Source: Mayamaea pseudoterrestris
Lineage: Eukaryota
Assembly (NCBI GenBank): GCA_027923505.1
Contig: BROI01000001.1
Span: forward strand, 1,364,001-1,428,000
DNA length: 64,000 nucleotides
Reading direction: 5' to 3'
Position 1 is the first letter of the stretch; the number at the start of each line of letters is the position of its first letter. Below are positions 12,323-23,178 of this stretch, one piece after another. Made by a program: the position numbers and the translations under genes. The notes beneath the pieces were generated by a model. The model searched no databases, had not been told where the DNA came from, and saw only the letters and a program-made list of their open reading frames with translations.

Positions 12323-13702
12323 TTAGTAAAAGTTCCAAGCATTTGTCGTCCACTTGCGCGACGTTTCGCACTTCCAAACGTAGACCGTTTCTCCGTATTT
12401 GGGGTGGTGAGTATCTCCAACACATCCGTCGCTGGCCCAGACGGGGTTGAGTTCAAAGTGGCTGCCCCAAGCGGCTTGACCATTTTGGGCGCGAAAGAGC
12501 TGGTGGTCATTGCTCGAGTCGCAAGTGTCGACAATAATGGGTTCCTTGTCGTCATCAGGGACCGTTAAACAATTGTTTGATGTGCTAACTTTGACCTGAA
12601 ACACATCTCCTGAAACATAGTTAAATATCCACTCGGTCGTCAATGTATCAATGTCGCAGTTTGTAATGTAGATGCGGTTGCCTGCGCTGCAGCTGGGATT
12701 GTCATTGTTGCATCGCATGCACCACTTGCGTTCAAACGTTTCACCCTGCCACTTGTATCCCGGTTGCCAGTAAATCTTGAGCGCAAAGACGCTTCCGCTG
12801 TGGCCTCTGTTGTCACTGTTTTGCGGCGGAATGGACTGGAGCTCGTATGGATCAATGCAGTAGTCAGTGTCCGTATTGTCCATCGCGCCGCCAAGGCAGC
12901 CCGGGACAGATTCGCCCGCGCTTCGCTGGTAGCAAAACAAACCCTTTTCGCAGTCAGAGTTGGAGTCACAATCACCTTGACACTGGCCAAGAGGAAAGGC
13001 TGAGCCTGGACTGCCGTTTTCGCCCTTCATGGAGACTGTCGGAAGGTTTCCGGAGGAGGTGCCACCCGTTCCGCTCGTCGTCGTGTTGCTGCTGGTGGTG
13101 CCGCTTGGGTCAATGCAAAAGTCTTTGCCGCTGTATTTCGATGCACCAGAGCAGCCAGGAACACTTTCGGTGTTCAAGCGCTGGTAGCAAACGAGACCCG
13201 GCTGGCAGTCTGAGTCAGAGTCGCAATCGCCTTGACATTTTCCGAGCGGAAAGGCTGAAAGTGGACTTTTATTGTCACCCGTGATGACAATGGCTGATCC
13301 GCTGTTCGTAGTGCCGCCGCCTGTCGAAGTGCCTCCATTGCCGCTGCTGCTGCTGCTGCTGCTGCTGTTCGGGTCGACGCAAAAGTCAAGCCCTGAGTAC
13401 TTCGAAGCTGCGGAACATCCAGGAACTGCTTCAGTGCCGGAACGCTGAAAGCAAACCAAACCGGTGGCGCACTCGCTGTCCGAGTCGCAGTCACCTTGGC
13501 ATTTACCGAGCGGAAAAACAGTTTTCGGACTTCCATTGTTGCCCTTGACAGTCAGACTCGTAGAAGACAAGAGACGACTTCGAGTGAAGGATGAGTTCGT
13601 CACATTTCCTTCTTTGATAGACGTCGTCCCGATGAGAACAATGGCGCCAATGACAGCGGTGGCGATTGCGATGTTGAAGGCAGCGCGCGATGGAGTCTTC
13701 AT
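12323..13702 (-). CDS. Frustulin-family cell-wall protein (3 ACR repeats, Trp-rich C-terminal domain), intronless
   Basis: Three FPLG.CQGDCDS.S.C..GL.C.QR...VPGC repeats with S/T/G linkers. The C-terminal Trp-rich domain (LKIYWQPGYKWQGE..ERKWCMRC...W..Y) is homologous to the neighbour. First ATG at 13702. Confidence 0.9.
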   Translation of the reverse strand: MKTPSRAAFNIAIATAVIGAIVLIGTTSIKEGNVTNSSFTRSRLLSSTSLTVKGNNGSPKTVFPLGKCQGDCDSDSECATGLVCFQRSGTEAVPGCSAASKYSGLDFCVDPNSSSSSSSSGNGGTSTGGGTTNSGSAIVITGDNKSPLSAFPLGKCQGDCDSDSDCQPGLVCYQRLNTESVPGCSGASKYSGKDFCIDPSGTTSSNTTTSGTGGTSSGNLPTVSMKGENGSPGSAFPLGQCQGDCDSNSDCEKGLFCYQRSAGESVPGCLGGAMDNTDTDYCIDPYELQSIPPQNSDNRGHSGSVFALKIYWQPGYKWQGETFERKWCMRCNNDNPSCSAGNRIYITNCDIDTLTTEWIFNYVSGDVFQVKVSTSNNCLTVPDDDKEPIIVDTCDSSNDHQLFRAQNGQAAWGSHFELNPVWASDGCVGDTHHPKYGETVYVWKCETSRKWTTNAWNFY

Positions 13703-14771
13703 GGTGCTTGCTGCTGCAGTAGGCAAGTGAAAGTTATGTATGGATGCGTCTTCCTCTGGCTTTTAAGTGCAGTGCGCACTTCCTTTCGCTGCTTGTTAAC
13801 AATAGAAACATGAGGTCCAGCGTGAGAGGATACCTCGAACTAGCTCGCGAGTCTGGCGACTATTTCAACTCGGCTCGAGTTTTAAGAACGGTCACGACTG
13901 CTAAATCGCTAACGCGCCGGTGCAGTATTTTGCTCGGTATGCTTGATTTCAGTCACATTGAATGAAGCAACGGACAAGAAACGGCTACTTTCACGGACTT
14001 CTACCACGCAACGAGCAAAATCGTAGCTAATGTTCTGGTAGTTCGCAATAGCCTATTGCGAGTAAGAAGCTTGTCGAAGCGACGCCATCACCGCAATTCC
14101 TGCAAATCCGCTTTTGCATAGCGTTGAAACAACAGCGTGCGTGTACCTTTCGCTACGTAGCTTGCGATGTTTCATCCGTACCGTATCACTTTCACACTAC
14201 GCGTTTAAACCTGAATCATAGACCGGCAAGTTACCGGTATTGGAAGGTCATGCAATAACTTCATGCTGATGGAAAAACTACCGGTAGCATGTCGTGTTCG
14301 TGGTCTTGCGCCATGCTGGCGACGTTTCATGTCTGCCATGCGTCGCCACGCGTCAGCTCGCATTCTTGCTCACTCGGAGCAAATGATTCCATGTGACGGC
14401 TAATTTACGGCCGGCCTTAGGATAACTTCAATGAGACTGCGCAATTGCCTACCGGTAGTTTGATTGGCGAGTTCATGCGGATAAATGCCTTTGTATCATC
14501 ACAGCAAACTCTCCTGCCGTCTTAGCTAAAGAAGACGCGGGCGTTCATTCTTATCGACGAGCGAAATGCTCTTGTTTTGTGCCAGTGATCCATCAAATTT
14601 TGCGAAATATGAAGTCAATCTATCGCTGCACGATAGTAGTCTTTCACGTTATAATAGCAAACATAAATTTGTGCGTTTATTGCGTTAATTAACATAGTTG
14701 ACGCAATCCAGTAATCGGGCGACGCGTGCAACTTGATGTCAGCTTGCAGCACCAAGACATCGCGTTTACTG

Positions 14772-16382
14772 TCAGCGTGCGACACTCAGCCATTCGTTTT
14801 TCAATCGCAAAACCTTTACCGTCCGCTTCATTGAGTCAATCTGATCTCTTTGAACACGGTTTTCATAGCGAAGCATAGCCATCGCTTCTCGGAGCTCATC
14901 CCGCGATTGTGTGACTTTCAGGAGGCGGTCCTCCGTCGTCATGGCCGTCAGCGCCGTAGGATGGTTACATAGCAGGTTGCGGAGCTTGCTTGGGTGGGAG
15001 CGCACGTACATTAACTCATCATGCACCGCCGAAAGGCAGTTGTCAGCTGGGGCGAGCTTAACATGATGAAAGCGGTTCAGCTTCAAACGGCGATCAACAT
15101 GTTTTCGCCAAAATCGGGACATGCCAGCAAGTTCCAGCAAGCGAGTAGGGAGCCTAATAGTGTGGATGAATCGATTCTTTTCCAAGCACTCTCCCATAAT
15201 TTCAATCGCATGTTTCATGCTACTCCAAGGCATGTCACGCAAGTCGCCCGGATCACTGACGTCAAAATGATATTGGATACAGAGGGACCGTAGGACGCAG
15301 TTACTCTGCATAACAGACGAGAGCCAAAGATGTGCCCAAGCGCTGCGACTTGTAAACATTCCAGCCACTGACAAGTGTTCCACGCGGCAGAGTATGTCGC
15401 GAAAGGCAATCGCTTCTTCATTTGAGCGTAGTATAATGTCTCCGTCTATTGATACTTTCTTGATCGGTGTTTGACGCATCCGCAGCCCCGATAGAGCCAC
15501 GTCAATTGCATCCTTTCTCCAGGGAGGCGCGTTTAATCCCTCATAACAATCAAATGTGACATGTCGCGCACGGGTGTTTCGCCAAAACATTTCGGGAACA
15601 AAAACATTCATGAACTCGATTGCTTTGCAGGGCAGAGTCTGAAGAATTAACCAATGCTCTTCGTCCAATCCAATCCGGTCCAGCACGAGCTCCATATGAG
15701 CCCATGCGATTAAACTCAAAATGTCGCAAAAACTTGAGGTGTTCAGGAAATCGCTTGCATTAAATAATGGCTCTCGGGAAGAGATGATTCTGATGGTGGA
15801 ACTCACGCGCTCAAGCTTTGCTGCGCTTGTTATAAAGCTAAACATACAGTCACAATCCATTTTCCGGCGCGCTACGTCAAGGTCATCAGGTGGAAGAAAC
15901 AGTGTAGCTCGCACCGTTCCATGCGAAACGTCAAACTCAAGTCCAGTTTCAATGTAAGTCTCGTCATTAATGACAATGTCATGAACGCTAAAGCCAACGT
16001 CGTCCCAAGTAACCAAAAACAGTGCACCGCCATTGAGTCGAAGCATGACAAACAAATCCGAGTCTTCGTGGTACTCGTACTCGCGATTATGTGACCGAAA
16101 CATGACGAGACTCTTCGTCGCCATGGCCAAGCTGTCATCCTCGTCTTTGAGCTGGTAAACCACTTCCATGTCATTAGTTTCGGGATCATCTAAAGTCACA
16201 ATGTCTCCAGCCGTATCTTGGACGCGCAAAGTACTATTTGGAATTGGCTCGAAATACTCGTCGCGCCAGGAGCGAAACTGCGTAAAGAATGCTTCACGCT
16301 CGGCCCGGGCCCGAAAAAGTTCCTCAATATCCGCAATAGGTAAAATGTCGTCTTCTTCGTCTAGTTGTTCGATGATGTCCAT
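14772..16382 (-). CDS. Hypothetical protein with degenerate RNI-like leucine-rich region and C-terminal coiled coil
   Basis: Long uninterrupted ORF. The LEKNRFIHTIRL...W...V..RLKLNR...LRNLL.NHP pattern is typical of expanded diatom LRR-like families. First ATG at 16382. Confidence 0.65.
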   Translation of the reverse strand: MDIIEQLDEEDDILPIADIEELFRARAEREAFFTQFRSWRDEYFEPIPNSTLRVQDTAGDIVTLDDPETNDMEVVYQLKDEDDSLAMATKSLVMFRSHNREYEYHEDSDLFVMLRLNGGALFLVTWDDVGFSVHDIVINDETYIETGLEFDVSHGTVRATLFLPPDDLDVARRKMDCDCMFSFITSAAKLERVSSTIRIISSREPLFNASDFLNTSSFCDILSLIAWAHMELVLDRIGLDEEHWLILQTLPCKAIEFMNVFVPEMFWRNTRARHVTFDCYEGLNAPPWRKDAIDVALSGLRMRQTPIKKVSIDGDIILRSNEEAIAFRDILCRVEHLSVAGMFTSRSAWAHLWLSSVMQSNCVLRSLCIQYHFDVSDPGDLRDMPWSSMKHAIEIMGECLEKNRFIHTIRLPTRLLELAGMSRFWRKHVDRRLKLNRFHHVKLAPADNCLSAVHDELMYVRSHPSKLRNLLCNHPTALTAMTTEDRLLKVTQSRDELREAMAMLRYENRVQRDQIDSMKRTVKVLRLKNEWLSVAR

Positions 16383-16827
16383 GGTGCTAGTGTACAATGA
16401 GCGGTGTTCTTGTTGAGAGTCGAGCTTTTGTGGAACGGAGAATGTGCGCGCTTTGCGGATTGCGGATGCGAATCGTTCCGTCGCAAGTCATAACCACTGC
16501 GATGCGCCGTTTCCCGTCGAAACCTGTACCGACAATTGACTGTTCATTCATTATATAAACAGTGTACGGTCGCTTGCAAAAAGTAGTGTCTCTATTGCTG
16601 ATAAACATAGTTACTGTATTGAAGCGAATCGTTAGAGATGCGTGATTACCACGATGAAAAAGGAAGAAATTGGGAGGTGCAAAGATGACGTCCGTCCGGT
16701 ACTGATTAGAACTGGTGCGACAATCGATGAGCTTCTGCTCGACGACCATGATGGCCTCGCAACTTCCATCCACGCGCTGCTGATTTTTCGTTTCACTCGC
16801 TACATTCGATACACGAATATATAAAAC

Positions 16828-17802
16828 ATGTCAGACTCATCAGAACTCAAGGCTGCCGTCCAATTCTCCGTGATTCGTTGCTGCCTGGAGCAGCAGCAGC
16901 AACAACAACAAGATGGTGACAGCCGCAACAATGCAGTGGAGCTTTCGCCTCGCGCCATTGCGTCCCTGTCGGAACTAACGTTTCTATTCGCCACGACACT
17001 CCTTGGTCCCGACTTGGACGACTTTCGCAAGCATGCCAATCGCACAAAAATTACAGTTGACGATGTCAAGCTCTTTGTCCGACGAAATCCAATGCTCTTG
17101 GCGCAGCTGCAAGCCTTTCAAGAAAGGAACAGTCATGCAAGTACTACCGGTAGTCATACGAATACAAAAATGACAAAATCAACAGCAGCAGCAGCCGCAA
17201 TTACGGAACGTCGAGTCAAACCAAAGCCAACGGCGCGAAAGACGGCACCAAAAAAGCAAAAGCAAGTGCCACTTGCTCGCTACGAAAATGCACTCGACTC
17301 CGACTCGGACAGTTCCGTGTCACTGGCGGCGCGCATCAAACGAAAGGATGCGTTGCCAGGCAATGCCGGCGAGAAGAAGACGCCGCACGAAACGATTGAA
17401 CTGCAAGACTCATCTGATTCCGAGTCTAACGATGCGCCAGCTTCCAAGAAGCAACCTGGCCACCCCAAAAACACGCTTTCATCGAGTAGTGGTAGTAGCA
17501 GTGACGGCAGTCGTGACGGCGACATGCCAACCAGGGCAGCAGCTGGATTGAAACGTAGCAAGCCGACGCTACTGAAACGGCGGTTTCGCTTGTCAATGTT
17601 GGACAAGGCAGATGGTGATGGTGGTTCCAGCAGCGAACAATACTCGGACGCGTCAAATGATAATACCAATAGTAGAAGTGACTCGGACGAACTCGCGTCA
17701 AATCGTCACTTGCCGCCGCATCGTTCGCAGGGCGTTTCCTGGCGCGTGCAGCAAACGCTGGATGCCCAAGGTGACAATAGTGCGCCGTCGGACGATGATT
17801 GA
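16828..17802 (+). CDS. CENPS: CENP-S/MHF1 histone-fold protein with long disordered tail
   Basis: LKAAVQFSV...SPRAIASLSEL...LGPDLDDFRKHANRTKITVDDVKLFVRRNP matches the CENP-S histone fold. Confidence 0.85.
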   Translation: MSDSSELKAAVQFSVIRCCLEQQQQQQQDGDSRNNAVELSPRAIASLSELTFLFATTLLGPDLDDFRKHANRTKITVDDVKLFVRRNPMLLAQLQAFQERNSHASTTGSHTNTKMTKSTAAAAAITERRVKPKPTARKTAPKKQKQVPLARYENALDSDSDSSVSLAARIKRKDALPGNAGEKKTPHETIELQDSSDSESNDAPASKKQPGHPKNTLSSSSGSSSDGSRDGDMPTRAAAGLKRSKPTLLKRRFRLSMLDKADGDGGSSSEQYSDASNDNTNSRSDSDELASNRHLPPHRSQGVSWRVQQTLDAQGDNSAPSDDD

Positions 17803-18229
17803 ATAGCGCGAGTAACATTGAAATCTTTAGCATTATTACATCGTAGCTATGAAAATGTATGTTCTATACACTACTACGGTAGAATTGCTGAGTGGACTGC
17901 CCTCGCAAGCATCATTGGCGCAACTACTACCGTAGGTAGCTCCGTTGATCGTTTAGCTATAAGCTGTGCACTTTCTTGTTAGCATCGCACCATTACTCAC
18001 CTGAGTGACGTCAACGGATAGTTTTCATCGTCCGTCCGTCCGTCGCTTGCGAGCCAATGACCGGGTCCACCATGATGAGAGCACGCGTTGCGGCCCAAGT
18101 CGTGGATCGCACGCAGCGTTATTTTGTACTTCTCGGTACCGTATATTGCTTGAATCGAGCTGCTGCTGCAAGTCTTTTCTTCTGAACCATATTATCAGAA
18201 GAAGAGAATAGTTTATTCGTGACAAGAGA

Positions 18230-21200
18230 ATGGCAAAGTACGCGTATGCGCCATTGTCAGTGGTGAGTGCTTGATCTTGCATGGATGTAGCCGATGCATG
18301 GCAGAGGGCGAGCAAATTACAAGCAATCATGAATCAAATGCGTCAGTACCTCATGAAGCAAGTCCAACTCTCACAAATATCATTTAATATCATTTATATT
18401 ATTTTTACAGGACGACCGCCGAGGCCGCAGCAGTGGCGGAGCAGCCGCAAACGCTTCCTCATCGCACCACCATCATCATCATTCCGACGTTCAGCAGGAC
18501 CACTTGGTGCAGGAGCGCATGCCCATGTGCATTGGGCTATGCGTCTTGCTGGCCATTGTCTACGTCTTGAGCAAGACGGGAGATGGCGCCACGGCGCTGC
18601 ATCAAAATGTTCGGACTTCCAATGAGCAACTGCAGCAGCACGGTTATCCCAATCAGCAGCAAGCAGGAGCATATGAATCCGTTCCAGCGACCAGTACGGG
18701 AGGAGGAACGACTCTAGCATCTCCAACGACGATTGCAACTACTAGCAGTAAAACTCCTCTTACAGACTGCCCCGTGTGTCCAGCCAATCCCCAGTCTGGC
18801 GATAATCACGCCGACTTGCTCGGCCAGCTGCGCGCCGCGGCATTGGCGAAAACGCCGCCGCACATTATCGAATGCTCCGCCGCTTCCGCCGGTGAATCGC
18901 AAGCCGCCTGCCACTTGCCAGCCGCCACTAGATTCGCTGCATTGAAACAAAAGGGCGCCGTCTTGTGGATGACTGGTTGCAGCGGCGCCGGCAAGACGAC
19001 ACTGGCCACGGCGCTGGAGGAGAAACTAGTCAAACTCTACGGCAAGCACGTGTATCGCTTGGACGGTGACAATCTGCGAACGGGTTTGAACCGTGACTTG
19101 GGCTTCAGCGAAGCGGATCGCGCCGAAAGTGTGCGGCGGACGGGAGAGTTGGCCACGCTCTTTGCCGACGCCGGTGTGGTGACGCTGGTGGGTTTGATTT
19201 CGCCGTATCGAGCGGATCGTGACGCCGTGCGTAAGCGACATGAGGATCAAGGAATTCCGTTTTACGAAGTCTTTTTGGATGTGCCAGTGGAGGAACTCAA
19301 GAAGCGAGACCCCAAGGGACAGTATGCGCGCGTGGAGGCGGGGGAGTTGAAACACTTTACCTGCATTGACGATCCATACGAAGAGCCACTACATCCGGAG
19401 ATTGTATTGAAAACGCACGAGTTGGCGATTGAAGAGTCGGTGGAAATATTGTTTCGGACATTGGAGCGAGATGGAATTTTGATTGGAGCGCCAAAGGTTT
19501 CGCCGCCGGGGTTGCCCAATCCGGACGGTGACGAGATTGTCGACTTGCACGTTCCGGATGCGCTCAAAGAGGAGCGAAGATTGGAAGCTGCCACACTTCC
19601 CAAGGTACTCATTTCCGACATTGAATTGAATTGGTTGCAAACAATTGGAGAAGGCTGGGCGAGTCCGCTCAAGGGTTTCATGCGCGAAGGAACGTTGCTG
19701 GAAACGCTTCACTTTAATTCGATTTTGGTGGATCCGTTCAACTTGACTGGAAACGCTGGCCGCCACACGAGACAGTCCGACTTGACGCACTTTACGCCAC
19801 GCCCGGCACCCGATCGAGTGAGCATGTCGGTGCCAATCACATTGTCGTGCACGTCATACACCAAGGATGCGATTGAATCGTCTGGCAAGCGGGCAGTGGC
19901 GCTGGTGACGCAAATGGGTCAGACGGTGGCCATACTGCGCGATCCGGAGATTTACGCGCACCGCAAGGAGGAGATTGTCACACGCATGTTTGGTGTTATC
20001 GATCCTGGCCATCCCTATATTAAACACATTTACGCTGGAGGCGACTGGTTGATTGGTGGTGAGGTGGAGTTGCTGGATCGTATTCGCTACAATGATGGAC
20101 TCGATCAGTGGCGCAAGTCTGTGACGGAGCTCATGCAGGAGTTTCAGCAAAAGGGAGCCGATACAGTGTACGCCTTTCAGACGCGCAATCCGACTCATGC
20201 TGGCCATGCCTACCTTATGCGATCGGCTGGTGAGGACTTGCGCAAGCAAGGCTACAAAAAGCCAGTGCTCTGGCTCAGTCCACTTGGTGGCTGGACCAAG
20301 GAAGATGACGTTCCACTCGACGTTCGAGTAAGGCAACATGAGCAAGTCTTGGCGGCTGGTACGACGCATCCTGGTGGATTGGATCCAGAGACGACCGTCA
20401 TGGCTATTTGGCCGGCACCAATGGTTTACGCTGGGCCGACGGAAGTGGAGTTTCATGCCAAGTCGCGTCGAGTGGGAGGAGCATCCTACTTTGTCGTTGG
20501 CCGCGATCCAGCAGGCATGAAGGGATCGTTGGAAGCGTGGGCGCATCGCGATGAAGACTTGTACGACGGTGATCACGGACGATACGTGCTACAAAACTCG
20601 CCGGGCATTGGCGACATGCAAATGCTCAGTTTCACCAAGGTCATGTACGATATTACGGACAATGTCATGAAGGAACCCGACGAAAGTAGGCCAGACGACT
20701 TTATTAGTATTTCGGGTACCAAGATGCGAGCGCTGGCTCGACAAGGTGCGACGCCATGCAGCGCCACAAACATTCCGACTGATCTCTTGGGGGCCAACTG
20801 TGTTCCAAGTGGGTTCATGGTTCCCGATGGATGGGGCACTGTCGTGGATTACTACAGTCACATTGAGGATTCAACGCGCTGGATTCCGTGGAGTCGTCCG
20901 CAGATTGAACCTTTGCTCGATGCAGGAGTGACGTACGATGGAAAGTTTGGCACGCAAACGTTCCAGCTAAGGAGCAGCCAGTATGCTAGCTGGTGGCACG
21001 ACCCACCCTTGCGGCCGTCCAAAGCGGATGAGACCATTATCTCGTATGTGTCTGAAATACCAATGTTTTACACGCCCAAGTTGGAAGTGCGAAAGAATTG
21101 GCCCAACAATCCGATTGTTCAAGACATCAACAAGGATGGTTCCAACCGTTATTACACGTATGGTACACCTTTTTTCAATTACGGTCTGATTCCTCAGACA

Positions 21201-21674
21201 TGGGAGGACCCCAACGTTAAGTCGAGTACAGGTTATGGCGGCGACAATGATCCTTTGGACGTCATCGAGCTTGGATCAGCTCAGCTCGCCATTGGAAGTA
21301 TAACGCCTTGTCGCGTCTTGGGTTCACTCGAGCTAATCGATGAGGGCGAGACGGATCACAAGATTCTATGCATAGCGCTAACCGACAAGGATGCATCGTC
21401 AATCAAGTCGATGGATGACCTTGAGCGCGTCAAGCCGGGCCACATGGATAGACTGAGAGATTGGTTGAAGCGATACAAGACTAGCGACGGCAAATTGGAG
21501 AATTCGCTAGCGTCGGAAACTCCCAAGACCGTGGGCGAAGCTCTGGCTGTGATTAACGAAACCCACTTGCGTTGGAGAGCCCTCTGTGGGCATGATGGCA
21601 CCTCGCTCTATTCGCTGACGAGCACGGCGTCCGAATTTTGGCTGGACAGCCCAAACTGCCGAGGGAAGAAGTAA
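18230..21674 (+). CDS. Trifunctional APS kinase - ATP sulfurylase - inorganic pyrophosphatase (PAPS synthase) with N-terminal membrane anchor, 2 exons (18230-18262, 18411-21674)
   Basis: APK: WMTGCSGAGKTT, LDGDNLR, RDPKG.Y, IDDPYEEP. ATPS: EGWASPL.GFM, AFQTRNPTHAGH, VGRDPAG. Family I PPase: NYGLIPQTWEDP, GDNDPLDV, IDEGETDHK. Upstream mini-exon MAKYAYAPLSV is joined in frame by intron 18263-18410 (gtgagt...tttttacag). Confidence 0.93.
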
Positions 21675-23178
21675 TTATATAAGTGAAAAAATACTTGAAG
21701 ATTGTCCGAATGTCCTTTGCGTTATAGTACAGTTAGAATTTGCAATCGCTACGAAGTTTTTGCATCAAATGAGGTCCCAAATATACTAAGCATTATACCT
21801 GCTTTAGTTTACACTTACAAAAGAATGTGTACAGTATATAAGGATTACGTACTAGCAAAGCGGATGCGCTCATTAGCCATGGCGCGAAATAGCATCAATA
21901 GCAACTACGCGAGTCGATTGCCTGCGTTAATTGTACCAAGATGTATCTTCGTCAGCCAACGATTGGGTGTTTGGTTTGGGTTTAGCTCGCATGTCTATAG
22001 GAGCGCCCGATGGCGACAAGTATTGGATGCTAAGACGTGCGTCACCATAGTATTCTCGTCCGTTCATCTGCATCGCCCGAGCGGCAGATTCGGCATTACC
22101 AAACTCAATAGTTGCACTACCAGAACTTCTGCCATCTCCTTGAACTTGCAAGTTACATGAATTAATTGGTCCAAAAGTGGAAAAGTAGTCCATCAAGTCT
22201 TGCTTTTGCGTTCGCCATGGAAGCCCGCCAATCTGTATCTTTCTGTAAGGTGGTACGACGCGGTCACTCGCTGCTGCTGCACCGCCAGTCGGCGCGGCAT
22301 GATGAGAACCATATCGCTCGTTGCCACTTCGTGAACTAACAACGCTTTGTCTCGGGGAAGCTCTGGCTGTGATTAACGAAACCCACTTGCGTTGGAGAGC
22401 CCTCTGTGGGCATGATGGCACCTCGCTCTATTCGCTGACGAGCACGGCGTCCGAATTTTGGCTGGACAGCCCAAACTGCCGAGGGAAGAAGTAATTATAT
22501 AAGTGAAAAAATACTTGAAGATTGTCCGAATGTCCTTTGCGTTATAGTACAGTTAGAATTTGCAATCGCTACGAAGTTTTTGCATCAAATGAGGTCCCAA
22601 ATATACTAAGCATTATACCTGCTTTAGTTTACACTTACAAAAGAATGTGTACAGTATATAAGGATTACGTACTAGCAAAGCGGATGCGCTCATTAGCCAT
22701 GGCGCGAAATAGCATCAATAGCAACTACGCGAGTCGATTGCCTGCGTTAATTGTACCAAGATGTATCTTCGTCAGCCAACGATTGGGTGTTTGGTTTGGG
22801 TTTAGCTCGCATGTCTATAGGAGCGCCCGATGGCGACAAGTATTGGATGCTAAGACGTGCGTCACCATAGTATTCTCGTCCGTTCATCTGCATCGCCCGA
22901 GCGGCAGATTCGGCATTACCAAACTCAATAGTTGCACTACCAGAACTTCTGCCATCTCCTTGAACTTGCAAGTTACATGAATTAATTGGTCCAAAAGTGG
23001 AAAAGTAGTCCATCAAGTCTTGCTTTTGCGTTCGCCATGGAAGCCCGCCAATCTGTATCTTTCTGTAAGGTGGTACGACGCGGTCACTCGCTGCTGCTGC
23101 ACCGCCAGTCGGCGCGGCATGATGAGAACCATATCGCTCGTTGCCACTTCGTGAACTAACAACGCTTTGTCTCGGGGA
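21537..23178. repeat. Exact 820-bp tandem duplication covering the convergent 3' ends of the PAPS synthase and bilin reductase-RRM genes
   Basis: 21537-22358 is repeated at 22357-23178 with no differences seen by eye. 2-bp GA microhomology at the junction. Confidence 0.96.

Noticed and set aside
16828..17802. Functional link between CENP-S and the nearby satellite
   Set aside because: Kinetochore genes have no reason to lie near their target DNA; the proximity is coincidental.
21927..22421. 164-aa RRM ORF as a separate gene
   Set aside because: It is a chimera created by the 820-bp duplication: antisense PAPS synthase sequence joined to the last RRM of the large gene.
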